A DNA stretch of 63,481 bases, filler included, from an uncultured Methanosarcinales archaeon (GTDB lineage Archaea; Nanobdellota; Nanobdellia; Woesearchaeales; CAZOXR01), in assembly GCA_964566535.1 (NCBI GenBank). It is 4 parts of 4 records of this genome, joined end to end, with 100 filler letters (N's around TTAATTAATTAA, not from the genome) between each part and the next. Parts side by side here need not be neighbours in the genome. Positions count along the whole stretch, not along the records: positions 60,576 to 63,481 come from CAZMIO010000027.1; 3 more parts are not named here. One strand, 5' to 3'. The position numbers and the translations under genes were made by a program. Positions 60,576 to 63,481 of this stretch are shown one piece after another. Under the pieces are notes generated by a model. The model was not told where the DNA came from. It did not search any database and saw only the letters and a list, made by a program, of their open reading frames with translations. Each line of letters opens with the position of its first letter. Position 1 is the stretch's first letter.

Positions 60576-60664
60576 AGGTTCAAAGCTTTATAAATTCAAA
60601 TCAATTTAGACCTGTTTTTAACAATAATGGTGTTATAATCTTTGAGCTGTTTAAAGTAATATAG

Positions 60665-61795
60665 GTGGTAAAAATAAAAATCTGCATTGTTTCGCCAATC
60701 TATCCAGTTGCTTCTAAACCTCAATTAGGTAAATTTATACATGGGCATTCAAAGGAATTAGCAAAGCAGGGAAAAGATGTAACCCTGATAACAATAGGTG
60801 ATAAAAAGGACAAGGATTATGAAGTCATAGATAACATTAAGGTTTATCGCGTAAAAGAAAAATCAAGGCTGCTCTTTGGCATCAGAATCTTTGCGCTAAT
60901 ATTAAAATTAAATAAAAAACATAGATTTGATATATTGCATTCTCATTTTGTAGGTCCTCTTACAGTAATATGCGGCATAGCATCAAAGCTAATAAAAGTG
61001 CCTTATGTTGTGACTGCACGCGGGGTAGGCCTTTTGCCAAAAAGCTTTATCAAAAAAATATATCTTTTTTTCCCGCAAAAGATAACTTGTGTCAGCAATT
61101 ATACAGCATCTCTAGCAAGAGAATATGTAGATGGAAAAAAAGTAATATCTATTCCTAATGGGCTGGATGTAGAAAGGTTAAAACCGACAAAAAATGCCAA
61201 CAAATTCAAAAAGGAACTAAAAATAAAAAATAAAAAAGTCTTGCTTTCTATTTGCAATCTGGTTGAGCGTAAGGGTTTAGACCTAATAATTAAAACTTTA
61301 CCAACTGTAATGAAAGAAGAGCCCAACATTGTTTATTTCATTATAGGGCAGGGTCCTGAAAAAGAAAAATTGATTAGCCTAGCAAACAAATTAAACTTAA
61401 AAGACAAAGTTGCATTTATCGACTATGTTAGTGATGCAGATTTAGCCAATTATTTCAATATCTGCGATATTTTCTTGTTAATGAGCAAAACAATAGAAGA
61501 AAAATCAGCTATTGAGGGATTTGGTAATGTTTATCTTGAAGCTTCTTTTATGGGCAAACCAGTGATTGGCGGTAAATCTGGCGGAACATCAGATGCAGTT
61601 GTAGATGGTAAAACAGGATTTTTGATTGAGCCAGATGATGCAGAGGAACTTAAGAAAAAAATTATCTTGCTGTTGAAAAATAAAACTTTAAGAGAGAAAA
61701 TGGGCAGATATGGGAGAAAAAGGGTTTTGAATGGATTTTTGTGGAAACATAATGTTGAAAAGCTTGTTAAAGTTTACAGTGGGTTGCTCAACTAA
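60665..61795 (+). CDS. Glycosyltransferase family 4
   Basis: IPNGLD, LVERKG, EGFGNVYLEASFMGKPVIG, DGKTG. Confidence 0.93.
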   Translation: MVKIKICIVSPIYPVASKPQLGKFIHGHSKELAKQGKDVTLITIGDKKDKDYEVIDNIKVYRVKEKSRLLFGIRIFALILKLNKKHRFDILHSHFVGPLTVICGIASKLIKVPYVVTARGVGLLPKSFIKKIYLFFPQKITCVSNYTASLAREYVDGKKVISIPNGLDVERLKPTKNANKFKKELKIKNKKVLLSICNLVERKGLDLIIKTLPTVMKEEPNIVYFIIGQGPEKEKLISLANKLNLKDKVAFIDYVSDADLANYFNICDIFLLMSKTIEEKSAIEGFGNVYLEASFMGKPVIGGKSGGTSDAVVDGKTGFLIEPDDAEELKKKIILLLKNKTLREKMGRYGRKRVLNGFLWKHNVEKLVKVYSGLLN

Positions 61796-61851
61796 CTCAG
61801 ATAAGACAGAAAAAATATTTTGTTGAATATATCTATTAAAAAATAATGTGA

Positions 61852-62523
61852 GTGATGAAATTGAATAACAATAAAAGATTTAGAACACAAGTCAGAACGG
61901 GGTATTACCTTACTAAGGAGTATGATCATCTTGAAAGGTTTATTCAATATTCCTATCAAGTAGAACTTGTAAGAAAGTATCAAAAGAAAAAGCGGGGAAG
62001 AATTTTGGAGATAGGGGTGGGAAACAAATTCCTTTCATCATACCTTAAAAAAAGAGGTTTTAATATAACTACCTGTGACTTTGATAGTTCATTAAAACCG
62101 GATTATATATCAGATATAAGGAAACTCCCATTTAAAAGAAATTCTTTTGATTTAGTTGTAGCTTTTGAAATATTAGAGCATATACCATATAAAGATTTCG
62201 AGATTGCATTGCAATCGCTGCATAAAGTAACTAAAAATTATGTTATAATTTCAGTTCCATATGCTGTTGCGAATTTTGAAATCATACTAAAGCTACCGTA
62301 CTTTGGTAAATTTTTTAACAAGCCCTACATTGATATTTTCATAAAAATACCCTATTTTTTTGAAAGACCGAGATTTCAATGACAGCATTATTGGGAGCTG
62401 GGAAAGAGAGGCTATCCATTAAGGAAAATAAGAAAATCAATTAAAAAAAGTTTTAATATTGTAGAGGAAATAAGGCCTATCATTGACAAAAGACGTTATT
62501 TTTTTGTATTGAAAAAACGCTAG
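61852..62523 (+). pseudogene. Class I SAM methyltransferase interrupted by an in-frame TGA at 62380-62382
   Basis: LEIGVG and FEILEHIP motifs. After the TGA the frame continues QHYWELGKRGYPL...YFFVLKKR to TAG 62523, abutting the convergent gene. Confidence 0.7.
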
Positions 62524-63481
62524 CTATTTTACAATTCTTTTATACAAATCCTTCAATTCATTGATATTTATAATTCTCAGCAGGAATAATAGGGCTATAT
62601 ATACAATTCCTGACAATGCCAGAACAATAACTGTTTCTAACCATACATTTAAGAATATAAATTTTTTTAATAGCCATATTACAAAAATAAAAATCAGGCC
62701 TGCTGCTAAAGTTTTTATCCAGATTTTTATTGGAAGTTCTATAATAATGTATTTCCTTATCTTTCTTAATCCCAAGAACATCATTATAAAATAACTGAGG
62801 GTTGTAGATAAAGCTGCACCCACAGCCCCCAATATAGGGATTAATATTAAGTTTGCAACCAGATTAAATAATGCAGCATTATATATTATCTTGCTGTAAG
62901 TCTTTGGCTTGCCTATTCCTAAGAAAAAATTAGCACTAATAGTCTGCAGGGTTGCAAATATAAGACCTATGCTCAGTATCTTAAGCAGATTGCTGGCTAA
63001 TATGTAATTTTCTCCGAAAAGTACATTGATTATCAATGCTGCAAATGAGAGCATAATAAAAGCTAAAGGCAATACTATTATTATTGAATATTTATACAGG
63101 GCTTCAATTCCAGCTCTTAATATTTCTTTTTTTCTTTTTGCCCAAAGCTCAGAGGTTAAAGGAAATAAAACATATCCTACAGCAAGTGGAAAATATAACA
63201 ATATTTTAGCAGTAGGCAACGCAATGTTGTATAAAGCTACTTCCTTTAACCCTGAAAAATAGGTAAGTACAATTGTGTCAGTAGTCCCCAAAATCATATT
63301 TGCTGCTGCCACAGCTACAATAAAGATACTATATTTGGATATTTTCTTTACAAGATTTTTATCAAATACAACTCTAGAAGTGAAAAAGTCAGGAAAGATT
63401 TTCCCAACAAAAATCCATCCAAAAATAACTAGCAGGAGAGCAGGAGAAATTATATATGCTATTACTGGACTCAGTATTCCA
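62524..63481 (-). CDS. Polysaccharide flippase (Wzx/MOP family), 5' part outside the window
   Basis: TDTIVLTY...VALYNIA, LFP..S, LFGENY, NLILIPILGAVGAALST; frame open to the window edge. Confidence 0.88.
   Translation of the reverse strand, partial: GILSPVIAYIISPALLLVIFGWIFVGKIFPDFFTSRVVFDKNLVKKISKYSIFIVAVAAANMILGTTDTIVLTYFSGLKEVALYNIALPTAKILLYFPLAVGYVLFPLTSELWAKRKKEILRAGIEALYKYSIIIVLPLAFIMLSFAALIINVLFGENYILASNLLKILSIGLIFATLQTISANFFLGIGKPKTYSKIIYNAALFNLVANLILIPILGAVGAALSTTLSYFIMMFLGLRKIRKYIIIELPIKIWIKTLAAGLIFIFVIWLLKKFIFLNVWLETVIVLALSGIVYIALLFLLRIININELKDLYKRIVK

Noticed and set aside
61852..62523. TGA=Gly recoding (genetic code 25) or selenocysteine
   Set aside because: Neighbouring Gly-rich ORFs on the same contig have no in-frame TGA, TGA is a normal stop elsewhere in the window, and the position does not look like a Cys site.

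Overview
Archaeal DNA, most consistent with a small-genome DPANN lineage (Woesearchaeota-like; inferred from FEN1, RadA, RPA, archaeal S2, RpoL, PAC2 and KAQ-type pilin-like proteins). The window is not one continuous molecule. Three artificial N44-TTAATTAATTAA-N44 linkers join four contigs (1-28728, 28829-55661, 55762-60475, 60576-63481), and there are two further 100-N gaps. The main finding is on contig 1, next to radA and rps2: a tightly coupled 12-gene minus-strand operon (fabZ, thiolase, DUF35-DUF362 fusion, 2-oxoacid:ferredoxin oxidoreductase alpha/beta/gamma, thiolase, fabG, acyl-CoA dehydrogenase, etfB, etfA, then plsC, plsC, gpsA; 14 ORFs counting each subunit) with divergent accC-birA and a nearby lgt. 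It reads as an ACP-less fatty-acid synthesis route feeding bacterial-type G3P ester phospholipids in an archaeon. Contig 2 has a short tyrosine recombinase and two coiled-coil/winged-helix genes beside a TGGGA(A/C) array in exact 11-bp phase (candidate centromere/origin-like locus). It also has a roughly 640-bp toxin-antitoxin cassette inserted into a gene 3' end with a fully synonymous 62-bp duplication, and a cluster of giant surface proteins. Contigs 3-4 carry surface and glycosylation genes. All protein assignments come from motif recognition by eye; no searches were run.
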